Positions 11,990 through 24,964 of a stretch of 64,000 bases of DNA are shown piece after piece (position 1 is the first letter of the stretch; every line of letters starts with the position of its first letter). Location of the stretch: the NCBI RefSeq assembly GCF_006345805.1, contig NC_042997.1:100812001-100876000 (forward strand), written 5' to 3'. The DNA comes from Octopus sinensis. Taxonomy: Eukaryota. Both the position numbers and the translations under genes were made by a program. The notes beneath the pieces were generated by a model. It made no database searches. It worked only from the letters and a program-made list of their open reading frames with translations, and was not told the DNA's origin.

Positions 11990-14420
11990 CATTCATCTAT
12001 AGTAAATATCTCATCCACAATGCCTCATAGTTCGCAGGTAAATGAATCCAGGCAGTATTTAATTGTTTCAATTTTGTGATATTGTGGAAGCAAATATAGA
12101 CATTTCAATTCACTGTATTTGCTTATTAAGATCATCTCTAAGATCATCTCTTATAAACTTCTTTGAGAAATAGTTCTATGTCGACTATGTTGTAAAGAAG
12201 CTCAGTTTTAGAGCAATATATATCAATACAGCTAGTACTCGCCCTCTCGCATACTTCCATAATGAATTTACATATGTATAATCCATAGAAGTTGCTATTA
12301 AAAAAAGTATGATAATCTAGTTCCTTATCTGTCACGCATTCTCAGTGAAAATAGAAAGTAGAAGGTTGCCTCATAACTTTAGTGTGTGTAGTTTCTAGTT
12401 TCTTTATCATATGTTTTGTTCCGTATGTAACCTCGTTTGTGCAAAGCTCTTGTGGCATTTTATATCCCCAATAAAAACAGAACTTCCTTTATCAGTTTCT
12501 TTTATGCCCTTTGATAATTTTAAATCAGTTACATGCATCTATTGGTGTCTGGAAAAGTTGAATTTTGTTTGTCTTCATTTTGTTCTTCTAATAAGAAATT
12601 TCAATTTGTGTGGACAAAATTCATCAGCGACTACATTTCTACTGTTATAGTCCGATATTAAATTGCCGTTGCTTTTTCTCCACAAACTTTTCTAGAGGTT
12701 TAAATCTTTCACAGAATTCTGAGATATCATCTTTAATATCCGGTTTATTGAATTTTTGAGGGATTGTTGTAAATCTCTTGATTTTTGAACCCGGTTATTA
12801 AAAAGTTTGGATTTATACTTGTTGATCTGTCCCTATATCTAGATGATGTTTGTCGTTGTAGATTTCTTATTCCCCTCTTCTTGAAGCTTCTGTTTAACTT
12901 TAGTATACTTTGATTTTGTCTTTGGTAATTTTGATCAAAGAGTCATGTTTATTGAACGATTTCAGTATAGACTGTCACATGTTTTCCTTAAAAATGGGGT
13001 TTCTAAAGTGTTAATTTTTCACTTTTTTCAACTGTTCTTCATCTATGCATTTGCTCTCACATTCGTACTTCAATGCATTTGCTCTCACATTCGTACTTCA
13101 ATGCATTTGCTCTCACATTCGTACTCCAATGCATTTGCTCTCACATTCGTACTTCAATGCATTTGCTCTCACATTCGTACTCCAATGCATTTGCTCTCAC
13201 ATTCGTACTTCAATGCATTTGCTCTCACATTCGTACTTCAATGCATTTGCTCTCACATTCGTACTCCAATGCATTTGCTCTCACATTTGTACTCCAATGC
13301 ATTTGCTCTCACATTCGTACTCCAATGCATTTGCTCTCACATTCGTACTTCAATAATTCACTTTAGAATACAATAATGACAACTCCCTTTCATGGATATA
13401 TTGGTGATAAAAATGAAATATCAAAACCCGATGTATATTATTTAAATCTCCTGGCTGAAGACAAAACTCCCTTTTTTATATCATGCCTCCTGAAACAATT
13501 CAAGTTAACATTCCATATAACTTAACGAAAGAAATTTGAGCAATAGTCTCGAATACTTCAGTTAGAGATCGTCGACTGGAAGAAATGAAGGAAATAAATT
13601 TTGAAAGACAATAACTTTTGAGTTTAATCAATATGAAATTCTAAGTAAAAATAATTGGCATTCAGGAATTTCAAAAATCAAACGTGAAAAGTAACACGTA
13701 ACTCAAAGAACATCAAAATCTTTATAAACATTAATCAAGACTCAATTTGTAATACATAATTTAGCTTACTATGAGGTATATCCAAAGATTTTAGCCGTCT
13801 CAGCATCCGTAAATCAATTAGATAAATTAAAGTTTTTACTGTTAATATTACTTGGAAACTAAAAGAGGAAAAAGGTCATAGAAAACCATTCAATTATTAA
13901 AAGTAAATATCAAGCAAAATCGTTACAAAATAGTGACGAAAGCAAAATGGCATACAAAATTATGGATGTAAAAGTCTGTAAATGTAATGGACCAAGCTCC
14001 ATCGTATTGTTAAATGTTTCCTAATCAATATTAAAAACAATATTTCTTATTACTTCGAAAATTTAATATAAATTTCAATATGCTAAGAGTACTGAGAATA
14101 CTAATGTTAGTCAAGCTGGCCTGACGCTTCGTGGAAGAGTGACACGACATTGTGAGCAAATTAGGCAACCATACACAAAAAGTTCCTCTGAGTCAATATA
14201 TAGAAAACTGTGATAACCAACCTTGCTGAATATTATTGTTTTTCATCTCTACCACAGTCCCGATTCAACAACGAGCAAAAATGTAATATACAAAGAAGTG
14301 AAATTTATAAAGTAAAATCGGCTGATATTTATAGGCATTGTATTTTAACTGGCACAACTTTATTACGCTTCTTCAGTGACTTATTATATCCCTTGAAATA
14401 ACTTTATTATGTCCGTTCTT
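11990..14420. mobile_element. Decayed Penelope-like element with inverted 5' half
   Basis: Minus strand: IKETDKGSSVFIG (~12490) and WMRY..DE (~12010). Plus strand: FTLEY, LPFMDILVIK, NIPYNL, RDRRLEEMK (13355-13590) and GIY-YIG-like SQAGLTLRGRVTRHCEQIRQP (~14110-14170). Confidence 0.7.
13045..13352. repeat. Minisatellite, 28-bp unit x11
   Basis: ATGCATTTGCTCTCACATTCGTACT(T/C)CA repeated head-to-tail with no spacers. Confidence 0.95.
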
Positions 14421-15209
14421 ACAAACGTGTTTCAAAACTCAACAATGATTCCATCAACTCTACTATTCTGTACTTATTTTATTATGTTTTATTTTATATT
14501 GTTTTGAAATTAAGTAAAAGCATTTAATGAAATATTTTGAAATTAGGTCAGCATTTTTAGTGATTCTAAAGATGCTCTATTATAGGTAAAACCAGTAGGA
14601 AAAGTTCTATTACTCTTTTGATTATACATTGTATTTCGAAGTATGTAAAACAGTTAATGATATATTTTGAAATTACCTAAAAGCTGTGAGAGCATTTAGG
14701 ATTTTATTTTTTTATATGATGTAATTTACGCAGATTTTTAAAAAACTTCCCACCAAATGTATGTATGTATGTATGTATGTATGTATGTATGTATGTATGT
14801 ATGTATGTATGTATGTATGTATGTATGTATGTATGTATGCATGTATGTATGTATTTATATATACAGATACACGATTTGCTTCCGTACTATCCCCGTCAAC
14901 CAGATGTGGTTTGCACAGCATTGATCGACCCGAGGAAAAAGCAGAAGCCATTGGACTGCACCCGAATCCATGTGGTTTCGAAGTAATATTTTTGACCACA
15001 TAGTCATATTTGCGTTATATATTGATTACAATATTAATAAATTTAAGTAAAATGTGACAATCATGATGATGAAGATGATTACTACAACGACTACGATGAC
15101 GGCGACTTCAAAGACAATGATGATTACAATGATCGTGATGCTGATAAATGCATTATCCATTTCACTTTATATTCTTAGATGAGAACATAAAGATGTTTTT
15201 CTTTTTCAG

Positions 15210-15355
15210 TTCCGCTATGCTTCAGGCCTAGAGATCTTCTTCATGATAATTGGCGGGATTGCTGCAGCAGTCCACGGAGTTGCAATACCTCTTTTGATTA
15301 TTGTGTTTAGTGAAATGTTAGATTCAATGTCTGAAACTAGTGCAAATATAACCAG
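15210..15355 (+). CDS. ABCB1: ABCB1-like exon (elbow helix, TM1)
   Basis: tttttcag|...|gtaagt. FRYASGLEIFFMIIGGIAAAVHGVAIPLLIIVFSEMLDSMSETSANIT. Confidence 0.93.
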
Positions 15356-15531
15356 GTAAGTAAATTTTATTCTATATTTCTGTTGATATTGAAATATTGG
15401 GAACATTTAAAAACATCAATTTTATTCAAATTCTAATTGTCAAATAGTTGCAGTAAATGTTCTTGTCTACAGTTCGTCTCTTACAACTCTACGGGCAAAG
15501 CCCTACAAGATAAAGAAGAAAATATTTTAAT

Positions 15532-15748
15532 ATCGTGAAGTATATTTGCCACTTAAATGTGGCTAATCCCAAAGGGTGGATGCTACTGTAGCTTGTAGCC
15601 CCAGGAGGATACCTCCTCCAGCTAGCTATTGACACTTTCTGTGAGTGTCAATAGCCAGCTGGAGGAGGTGTCCTCCTGTGGCTACAAGCTACAGAAGCAT
15701 CCACCCTTAGGGGTTAGCCACAGTTAAGTGGCAAATATACTTCACGAT
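15532..15748. repeat. Foldback hairpin / MITE-like palindrome
   Basis: Arms of about 105 bp, ATCGTGAAGTATATTTGCCACTTAA...GACACT and AGTGTC...TTAAGTGGCAAATATACTTCACGAT, around a 7-nt loop. Confidence 0.9.
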
Positions 15749-16046
15749 GTGTTGCAGCTACTGTTTATACATCGCTTAGAGATTCGTTATTGAATATTTT
15801 AATAGCTAGTTGGAAAATCCTAAAAATTGTTGATGCATTTAAAAGTAAAATCGAGTATTGGATAAGACAAATGTGCTAAAGTTACCGTAAGAAAAAAAAG
15901 CAAATTTATTCAAACTTAAATTTGATGTTGATAACAAAATCAGAAAGTTAGATTATTATTTAATGCAGTACAAATAGATGGTAAAACATCGACTGGATAG
16001 CTAATAAAATATTGATGAAATTTGTTTTTATCTGCTGGTATTTTAT

Positions 16047-16278
16047 AGGCGGCGAGCTGGCAGAAACGTTAGCACGCCGGGCGAAATGCGTAGCCGTATT
16101 TCGTCTGTCGTTACGTTGTGAGTTCAAATTCCGCCGAGGTCGACTTTGCCTTTCATCCTTTCGGGGTCGATAAATTAAGTACCAGTTACGCACTGGGGTC
16201 GATGTAATCGACTTAATACCTATGTCTGTCCTTGTTTGTCCCCTCTGTGTTTAGCCCCTTGTGGGTAATAAAGAAATA
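16047..16278 (+). mobile_element. tRNA-derived SINE (family A)
   Basis: GGCGGCGAGCTGGCAGAAACGTTAGC head, GAGTTCAAATTCC B-box, 10-bp TSD GGTATTTTAT. A related copy follows at about 16393-16610. Confidence 0.85.
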
Positions 16279-17679
16279 GGTATTTTATCTGAATTTGCTA
16301 TTGCTGATAAAGTACCATGCTACTTTTGATGTTAATCTTCAGTATTTGAAACTTGAGATAACACATAAGTATCTGGCGATAAGTAAATAATAAGACGGCG
16401 AGCTACTCAGAATCGTTAGCACACCAGGCAAGGTGCTTAGAGGCATTTCACCCGTCTTTATGTTCTCAGTTCAAATTCCGCCGAGGTCGACCTTGCGTTT
16501 TATTATTTCGGGATCGATAAAATAAGTACGAGTTGAGCACTGTAGTCGATGTAGTCGACTTAGCCTCTCTCATCGAACTTGCTGGCCTTGGGCCAAAACT
16601 GAAACTGATATGTAAATAGTAAGTATTTAAAAAAATTGTTCTTTACAGAGCTTAGCCAAAAGAGTAAGGTAGTACTAATGGAGGAGGATTAGGAAGTTAT
16701 CCTCTGATTAGAAACGTCAGTAATTTGCTCATGCATTAACTTTGATATAACAATTTAGGATCAGCATGTTTGAAAAATTTTGGATTCCTTTCTCTTAAGC
16801 TTTGAGTGTAAGTTTGCCACATATTTATGAATTAAATGTCTTCTGTTTAATCAACATTTAATCATATCTTTTGCATTAAATGTTGTTGCATTTAATTATA
16901 TATTTATAACTCAACTGGAAATAGCTTTATTGTTTATTCATAACTTCAGCGTTTATTCAGATTTTATACATTCGTATTAATAACTACTTGGGCTAAAATA
17001 TTTGACTATATCATTTACTTCAGGTACGAACGACGAATGCAGGTAGAGAAATGATAGTTCTTTTGTAATCAGCATGTCCACTGTATTGTAGTTTTATAGG
17101 AATAGATGCAGAAAAGATGTATGAAGTTTCTAAGTTAGATTCTAATAAATAATTGAATAATTTTAGTAAATGGCCATGCACTCTATTTTAAGTTCACTCT
17201 CCCCAAACACTAGTGTACAAAATATATCAATAATAGTTGTCCTCTTTGCTGAAATCGATAACTGAGCTAAGTAGTTAAATATTGAAATTTTTTGTTTAGA
17301 TACTGAACCAGTCATTGCGAAGTTCAATAAAAGAAGTAGCAATAGAATTGTCACTTTGATTCAATCGATATAACAAGTTATTGTATTGTCACTATGGTGG
17401 TGGTAGTGGTAAACTGTAAAGTTGACCCCAACAAGAAAATAGGTTTGAAACAAAAAGGGAGATAAAATGATACTGTAAAGTCGTTTTATAGTGTTCAATT
17501 CGTTCGCCTATCTCATTACTTTAAATGAATTAATGTTAAAGGATGAGGTTTTCGAAATTACTTAGATTAAACTGCATGTAATTATGGCCAAGATTTGGGA
17601 CGTATTTAAAACAATTTAGGAATTCAAAGAAGAGAATAAATATTACTGATATTTCCATACAATTTTTGGTTTTTGGCAG

Positions 17680-17756
17680 AACATGTGCAGCAGTTGGATC
17701 TATACCAGATAGTATACTCCTCGACAAGATGGCCACGTATTCGTTATATTATGTTG
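17680..17756 (+). CDS. ABCB1: ABCB1-like exon (ECL1 to TM2 start)
   Basis: ttggcag|...|gtaagg. TCAAVGSIPDSILLDKMATYSLYYV. Phases match both neighbouring exons. Confidence 0.85.
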
Positions 17757-18196
17757 GTAAGGTTATTTCCTTTTTATATTACATGCTTGCAACGCATTTA
17801 AGCTTTGTTGGAAATTTTCATATTTTGTCTTAGAAAACTGGAAGAAGCAGAAATTGCGCAAATCATCATTTCTGTTTCAGATGTAACGAAATATTTGGAA
17901 TAATGGGTGCGAACGTTATAAAATTGCATTGGTGAGTTCTTTTGAATATGAAGAAACTTAAAATAAGTTAACTTCTGTATAAATATAATACAATATACTA
18001 GATACGTAGGTTTTCATTTACTCCTGAATGTTTTTTTACCCTGACACCGTTCTAAGAGTGATTTATAAATTAGTGCAATACTATTTTGAAAATGGTTTTA
18101 TATTCTGCTTGGGGGCGTGCAAGGAATTAGGAAAGGAAGATCAATATTCTGTGGAGTGAATCGAAGTTTTTTGTTGTATGGCATCCAGTTGTTTAA

Positions 18197-19203
18197 TCTA
18201 TATATATATATAAAATAAAATTGCTGGCTGTATTTGTGCATCACTAAATATCGAGAAATACCTTACCGATTTCATTCAAATTTTACACATGCCTTACATA
18301 GGGTCCGTGTAGTGTCATGGGGCAAAAACATTTCAACTTCTTGTCCAATACAAATATCTTACACTATTTCAGTATTACGAGTCAAAAGTGAAACAACATA
18401 TCTATTGTAATGTGAGATAATAATTTCAGTTTTAATAGTTTCACTATTAATACTGTAACTATTAAAAAATGAAACTATTATCTCACATATATACATGCAT
18501 ACACACACATATATATTATGTATACATGTGTATATACATCTGCACATATATTTGTATGTATATATATGTATATATAGATGTATATGTATAATGTATATGT
18601 ATACATATATATGTATTGATGTATATATATATATCGATATATATGTATATATATTCATGTATATGTGTAGATTTATATGTATATATGTCTATATAAGTGT
18701 ATACATATATGTATGTATATTATATGTATAAATATATGTACGCATGCATATATGTGTACATATATATGTATGTATATATATATGCATATATATATATATA
18801 TGTATATGTATAGATGTATATGTATATAAATTTATATGTATATATATGTATATGTGTATATATGTATGTATATATGTGTATATATAATATATGTATATAT
18901 ATATATACGTATATATATGTTTATATATATGTATATATATGTATATGTATATTTATGTATATATATTTATGTATATATATATGTATGTATATATGTGCAT
19001 ATATATAGATGTATATGTATAGATGCATATATATAAACTTGTATGTATATACATGCATATATGTATGTATATGTGTATATATGTATGTATACATATGTAT
19101 ATATAATATATGTATATATATATGTATATATATATATGTGTATATACAGATATATATGCACATATATATGTATATATATACCTATATATATATATATATT
19201 GTG

Positions 19204-19238
<35 letters not shown>

Positions 19239-19329
19239 TGTATAAATATATATATGTATATATGCATATAGATAGGTATATATATACATGTGTATATATG
19301 TATATATGTATACAAGTATATAAATAAAC

Positions 19330-19391
<62 letters not shown>

Positions 19392-19656
19392 GTGTGTGTA
19401 TGTGTGTAATTGTGTCTGTGATTGTACCCCCACCATCACTTGACAACCGATGTTGCGGTGGTTACGTTCCCGTAACTTAGCTGTTTGGCAAAACAACCGA
19501 TAGAATAAGTACTAGGATTACAAAGAATATATCCTGGGGTCGATTTCTTCGAATAAAGCCGGTACTCCAGCATGGCCGTTGTCATATGACCGAAAGAAAT
19601 AAAACAATAAAAAACTATGCCATTTTAATCCTAGCAACGCCGGGTATCTCTACTAG
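18197..19656 (+). mobile_element. Non-autonomous Helitron containing a (TA)-rich expansion and a nested SINE fragment
   Basis: A|TCTATATATA 5' end. 3' hairpin CCTAGCAACGCCGGG then CTAG|T. Family B SINE piece at about 19390-19610. Confidence 0.7.
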
Positions 19657-20026
19657 TTTATTTTAAATGCTATCGTTTGTGACAGGAATGTAGTAGTATA
19701 ACTTCTTGCATGTCGAAATTGAATTATTTAGAGAGAAAATGTTTCATGTTTATATAAGACGTGAAGTCAAATGTTAAACACCGCCAAACACTAGTCACAC
19801 AAAAAGATACATATAAATGTACAAGTAAAATAAAAAATTAACCTTTTAATATATATATGCTTATATAGAAAATATTGTTGAATGTAGGTTAAATTTGCAT
19901 ACGAATGTTCAAATAAAGATTAAAAAAGAACTGGAAAATCAAATCGTGGCACATTTTAGCTATAATGTATTCATGAGTACAAGTATCATTCTCGCAATAA
20001 CAAGGTGAATGATAAACAAAGGACAA

Positions 20027-20245
20027 GGCGGCGAGCTGGCAGAGACGTTAGCACACCGGGCGGAGTGCTTCGCGGTATTTCGCCCGTCACTACGTTCTGA
20101 GTTCAAATTCTGCCGAGGTCGACTTTGCATTTCATCCTTTCGAGGTCGATAAATTAAGTACCAGTTACACACTGGGGTCGATGTAATCGACTTAATCCGT
20201 TTGTCTGTCCTTGTTTGTCCCCTCTATGTTTAGCCCCTTGTGATA
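20027..20245 (+). mobile_element. tRNA-derived SINE (family A)
   Basis: Same head and body as 16047. Flanking direct repeat ATAAACAAAGGA. Confidence 0.8.
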
Positions 20246-20445
20246 ATAAACAAAGGAAATAACAAAGTGATGTGTATTTGCAACAGGGAAACATACGAAA
20301 AATACATATTATATTACACAGTAGATATGTTCTAAAAGAATTGAAAACAAAAGAGGAAATAAATGTTGAGTATCTGTGATGAATGAAGTGAGAATGATTA
20401 GATATTTTCGTAGATAATAGATGCTCTTTTAATAGCAATTATTTC

Positions 20446-21512
20446 GGATCTTTGTGGTTATCGTCACTGCATGTCGAAATCTTTAAAAAAATTTTTAAAT
20501 GTAGATGTAATCTAAATACAGATGTAATTTTTGACGCTGAAGTCGAATTTGTTATTAATTTATTCCAGAAAAATTTTGCGAAAATGTTACAGGTGTTCAA
20601 AGTTTGATAATTTTCAGAAATTTCAGCCAATCAGAAAACAGCGCATTTGCTGCCTCTGAAGCGAGAAAGCGGTGGGGAGGCACCGGCATGTCAAAACGTT
20701 AAACTAGCTACAGTGAATAGTGAAAAACACTATAAGATTCGCGAGCAAATGAAATATTTAAAAGCTACGAGTAAAGCAACAGGAGTTGCTAGAAATAACT
20801 GTCAAAACATTAAAATATACACGAGTAAAGTCAACAATGAAAACTGAAAAGCATCAAAACATTCGCGAGCAAATCAACAGGTGTTGCTAGAAATAACAGT
20901 CAAACATTGCTTAAAACAGGCATTTATTAGTTTAAAAAAATTCAAGAACGAAAGTTTGCAATACACTCTAGGATTTTATAAAATAAATTATCTTTCTCAT
21001 TTCTCCTTCTCCACAAAATCCACAAAATCGACCATGGAGCGGTGTGTCCCATACAGGCGTTTGTTTTCACGCCTTAAAGATGCTCAATTTGTTGAGTGTG
21101 AGTCCCATCTTTTCAGTTTATAAATTCAATGCTATGGTTCACCCGCCACCAATTTCTGAGATATGATTATAAGCTCGCCACAGATCAGTGAAGATAGTGG
21201 TTCCTGGAAGAATTGAACGTCGTATGCAGACCTTGTTTACATTCCTTGTGCGCTTGCGCAACATCTTTGGTTACTATGGAAACAGAGTTCTTCGCAATCA
21301 GCTATGGAACTATGCTGACAGAACTTCACGGTGATGTGTAAAATATTCACTTTTGATTGACTAAAATACCCAAATTTTGCAAATTCCAAAGGCTAATGAC
21401 TTTTTAATTATAAATTTCCTTTTTATAATTAGTATTCAAAAATTAATCCATATACCAAATTTGAAAGCAATTGGAACACGATTGTAGACAGTGACGATAA
21501 CCGCAAAGATTC
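20446..21512 (-). mobile_element. Merlin (IS1595/ISXO2-like) transposon remnant
   Basis: TIRs GGATCTTTGTGGTTATCGTCAC / GTGACGATAACCGCAAAGATTC. 8-bp TSD ATTATTTC / ATGATTTC. Minus-strand ILPGTTIFTDLWRAY...VNHSIEF...GTHTQQIE motifs. Confidence 0.8.
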
Positions 21513-22468
21513 ATGATTTCTGCCGAGTTTTTGGTCTACAGGCGTGAGGTGGATGAAGATTAGTTTAATGAATATCGAATACAACTTTTTAAATTTTTGT
21601 ATTTCTGTAGATGATAACTGCACTTCTGCTATCTTTGTCACATGTGTACAGGTGACTCAGTGGTAAGGACAGAGCAGCAGTTAGTACTTTATGTTGCGTT
21701 AATGCTTTAGGGAAATTTAAAGTGGTTGAAATGGAAACTCTGACAATGCTTAATTTGAAATACCTCACTACAGAAGACATTTGATATCTTAACTTCATCT
21801 ATGTCGAATGTGGTATGCATCATATCTATTCAAGTATTTCTATGGTCATTTTAACAGTTGTGGTCTCTCAATCATGTCAGTATTGGAAACATTGATATGA
21901 TTTTATTCATGATAGAACGCAAAAGTAATTAAGTAGCTGTCTTTCTCTCTCTACCTTATAAATAAATCACTTCATTTACCTACAAAGAAGTATACAGAAG
22001 ATTGATTCATTCTGTCGTCAGATATGAGGATACTTCTAGGAGTAGCCGTAATATTAGTATTATTATACAAGTGTGAGTGAAAGTTGATATACATTCTCTA
22101 TCAGTCCCTTTCTCGACCCAGAATTGGCTTCCTCTTGTATTTAGTTCTCTTAACTTATGTTTTCTAATGTCATTACGAATGGTCTGAATGTCTTAACATC
22201 TAATTTTTACTTCAGTCTTTCTAGATATGTAAGAACAACGTTGTTAGCGTGGAAAGATATGGCTTCGTAAAAAGAGATTCTTGACTTGTATATCGGGCCT
22301 TGATTGTTTGTATCTTGTATCATACATTGCACTGTGTTTCTAACAGCACATATATTTTAGGCTGCGAATGTATTGTTGCCAAATTAAGAAAACATTATGG
22401 TTGCTAAATTTCATCAATACGAACATACATGCATTGAAACACAAATATTTCTATATATATATCTTTAG

Positions 22469-22640
22469 GACTGGCAGGTATAGTGTTTATAGCAGCCTAC
22501 ACTCATGTTACATTATGGAAGGTTTCTACAGAGAAACAAATATTTTACATGCGGAAAAAACTGATGATGAATATTTTGCGGCAAAATCTATCGTGGTTTG
22601 ATGAACATACACCTGGAAAGTTAAGCAGTTACCTGTCGGA
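22469..22640 (+). CDS. ABCB1: ABCB1-like exon (TM2, ICL1)
   Basis: ctttag|...|gtaagt. LAGIVFIAAYTHVTLWKVSTEKQIFYMRKKLMMNILRQNLSWFDEHTPGKLSSYLS. Confidence 0.93.
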
Positions 22641-22678
22641 GTAAGTATTTCAGCAATTGATATTAATATTCACATTAA

Positions 22679-22895
22679 GGTGGTGAGCTGGCAGAATCGT
22701 CAGCACGCCGGACGCAATGCTTAGCGGCATTACGTCCATTTTTACGTTCTGAGTTCAAATTCCACCGAGGCCGACTTTGCTTTTCATCCCTTTAGGGGGT
22801 CAATAAAATAAGTACCAGTTGAGTACTGGAATCGATGTAATCGACTCATTCCCTTCCCTGAACTTACTGTCCTTGGGCCAAAATTTGAAATCAAT
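22679..22895 (+). mobile_element. tRNA-derived SINE (family A variant)
   Basis: GGTGGTGAGCTGGCAGAATCG head and conserved central domain. Confidence 0.75.
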
Positions 22896-23014
22896 ATTTA
22901 TATTTCCCATTTTATCATTGAATTATTATTTTGAACAAATAATTATAACTTCAAATGTTTTTCTTCAGTTTCAAATGTGATATTTTTCAATATTTCTTCA
23001 CAAAAAATTCCTAG

Positions 23015-23186
23015 TGCGTTGCTCAAGATTTCTACCGGACTTGGAAATAATATAGGCACGTTGCTTCAAACACTTTCTGGAACTGTTGCTGCTCTCGTGA
23101 TTGCATTCGTATATCAATGGAAGTTGTCACTTGTTATGTTTTCCCTCACTCCTGTACTCGGCTTGTCAACTTACATCATGACCAGA
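23015..23186 (+). CDS. ABCB1: ABCB1-like exon (TM3-TM4)
   Basis: cctag|...|gtaagt. ALLKISTGLGNNIGTLLQTLSGTVAALVIAFVYQWKLSLVMFSLTPVLGLSTYIMTR. 172 nt. Confidence 0.93.
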
Positions 23187-24521
23187 GTAAGTATAAAATT
23201 GTATTTGCGCTCTTGTAACAACAAAAGGGAATATAAACCCAAGTACGTTTGTACGTTCTGAGTTCAAATTCCGTCGAAGTTGACTTTGTCTTTCATCCTT
23301 TTGGGGTTGATAAAATAAGTAACAGTTGAACACTCCTCTCCGATATCGCTGGCCTTGTGCCAAGTATTTTGCCCCGCGTACGAACGATTCTGCTAACTTG
23401 CAGCCTTATTAATAACTTTTATAATAAGATCATCAATGTCGTATTTTTTGTTCATCCTTTAAAAGCGAAAAATATGATTTTAAAACACCAAGAAAAATAA
23501 ACGAAATTTATTTTATTTGATTAAAGGTAAAAGAAAATAAAGATTTCATTTTGGAGAAAGTAAAACTATGCTAAATTATGGATGATTTTGAGGCCCTTAC
23601 AGTTGTAGATTCTTCTGTAGATTCTTCTCAAATTGCATACAAAATGGTTTATGAAACTGAAAGTCTTGTTGTGTCTAGGGAGGGTCATTATGTCAATAAA
23701 GATTAAAACGAACGCACGCGCTGGTTTAAAACCACTTCTTTACTTCACCAACAAACTATTCAGTTGTTTACTTAACGTGTAGGTTGAACAATCAATCGGT
23801 TGTTAGTTTTCTATTTGCGACTTCACTCTTCAAGGTCTACTTTGAATCTAAGGACTAGTTTTATATCTATGTCTATGTATGTATGTATGTATGTATGTAT
23901 GTATGTATGTATGTATGTATGTATGTGTGCGTGCGCGTACGTATGTGTGTAGATGTGCGAGTGTTTATGTGTGTGTCTTCTGGTATCTCAGCGCATATGT
24001 GTGTGCGCGTGGTGCAGACGTTTTTTTAAATAGGTAAGCATCTGGTGTCTATGATTGCATGTGTGCGATCTTGTGTGCGCGTGTGTTCTTGCATGCGTGT
24101 GCGTATGCTTGTGCATGTCTGTGTGTGCATGCATGTGTGTGTGTGTGATGCACGCACACACACACACACACAATGTCTATGCATATTTGTTTTTGCCTTA
24201 ACTCGTCACCCTCCACTACAGCTTCACAACCAATGTTGGTTTGTTTACATTATTCTAACTTGTCAGTTCGGCAAAAGAAACCAAGAAAATGATGGAATGA
24301 GTACCAGGCTTAAAACAACAACAACAACAACAAAAACAAACAAACATAAGCGATGCTCCAGCATGGCCACAATCTAATGACTGAAACAACTAAAAGATAA
24401 AAGATAAAAAAAAAACAACTAAACAAACTACAACGGGTAGTTAAAGGATGACCACATATTGTAAGTAAGTAATAATTCATATTTAAGAAATTATTTTAAC
24501 TGCTACCTATTGTTTTATTAG

Positions 24522-24646
24522 GTTACGAAAGATATGACAGAAAAAGAACTGAATGCATATGCAGAAGCAGGTAACGTAGCTGAAGAGGCTATTAGTTCTA
24601 TCAGAACGGTTGTCGCCTTCGGTGGCGAAGGGAAAGAATGTTCGCG
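24522..24646 (+). CDS. ABCB1: ABCB1-like exon (ICL2)
   Basis: ttattag|...|gtaagt. [41 protein letters not shown]. 125 nt. Confidence 0.96.
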
Positions 24647-24916
24647 GTAAGTTGTTTATTTAGACGTCAAATAGCAAAACTATACTTACACAAGAAATAA
24701 TTATGCTGCAAATGCTACAGCATGTTTATCATGTAGACACAGGCATGGTTTTGCGGTCAAGAAGTTCGCTTTAGAGCCTCATGGTTTCGCGTTTGGTCCC
24801 CATGCACAGTGTCTTTTGCTATAATTCCGGACCGACCAATTCCTTTTTTGTGAATCTGATGGTGGAAAACTGTGGAAACCTGTTGTATATGTTTGTGCAT
24901 GCGTGTGTGTATTATA

Positions 24917-24960
<44 letters not shown>

Positions 24961-24964
24961 ATAT

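Noticed and set aside
13045-13352. CRISPR-like array of 28-bp repeats
   Set aside because: The units are contiguous with no spacers, no cas genes are present, and the context is eukaryotic.
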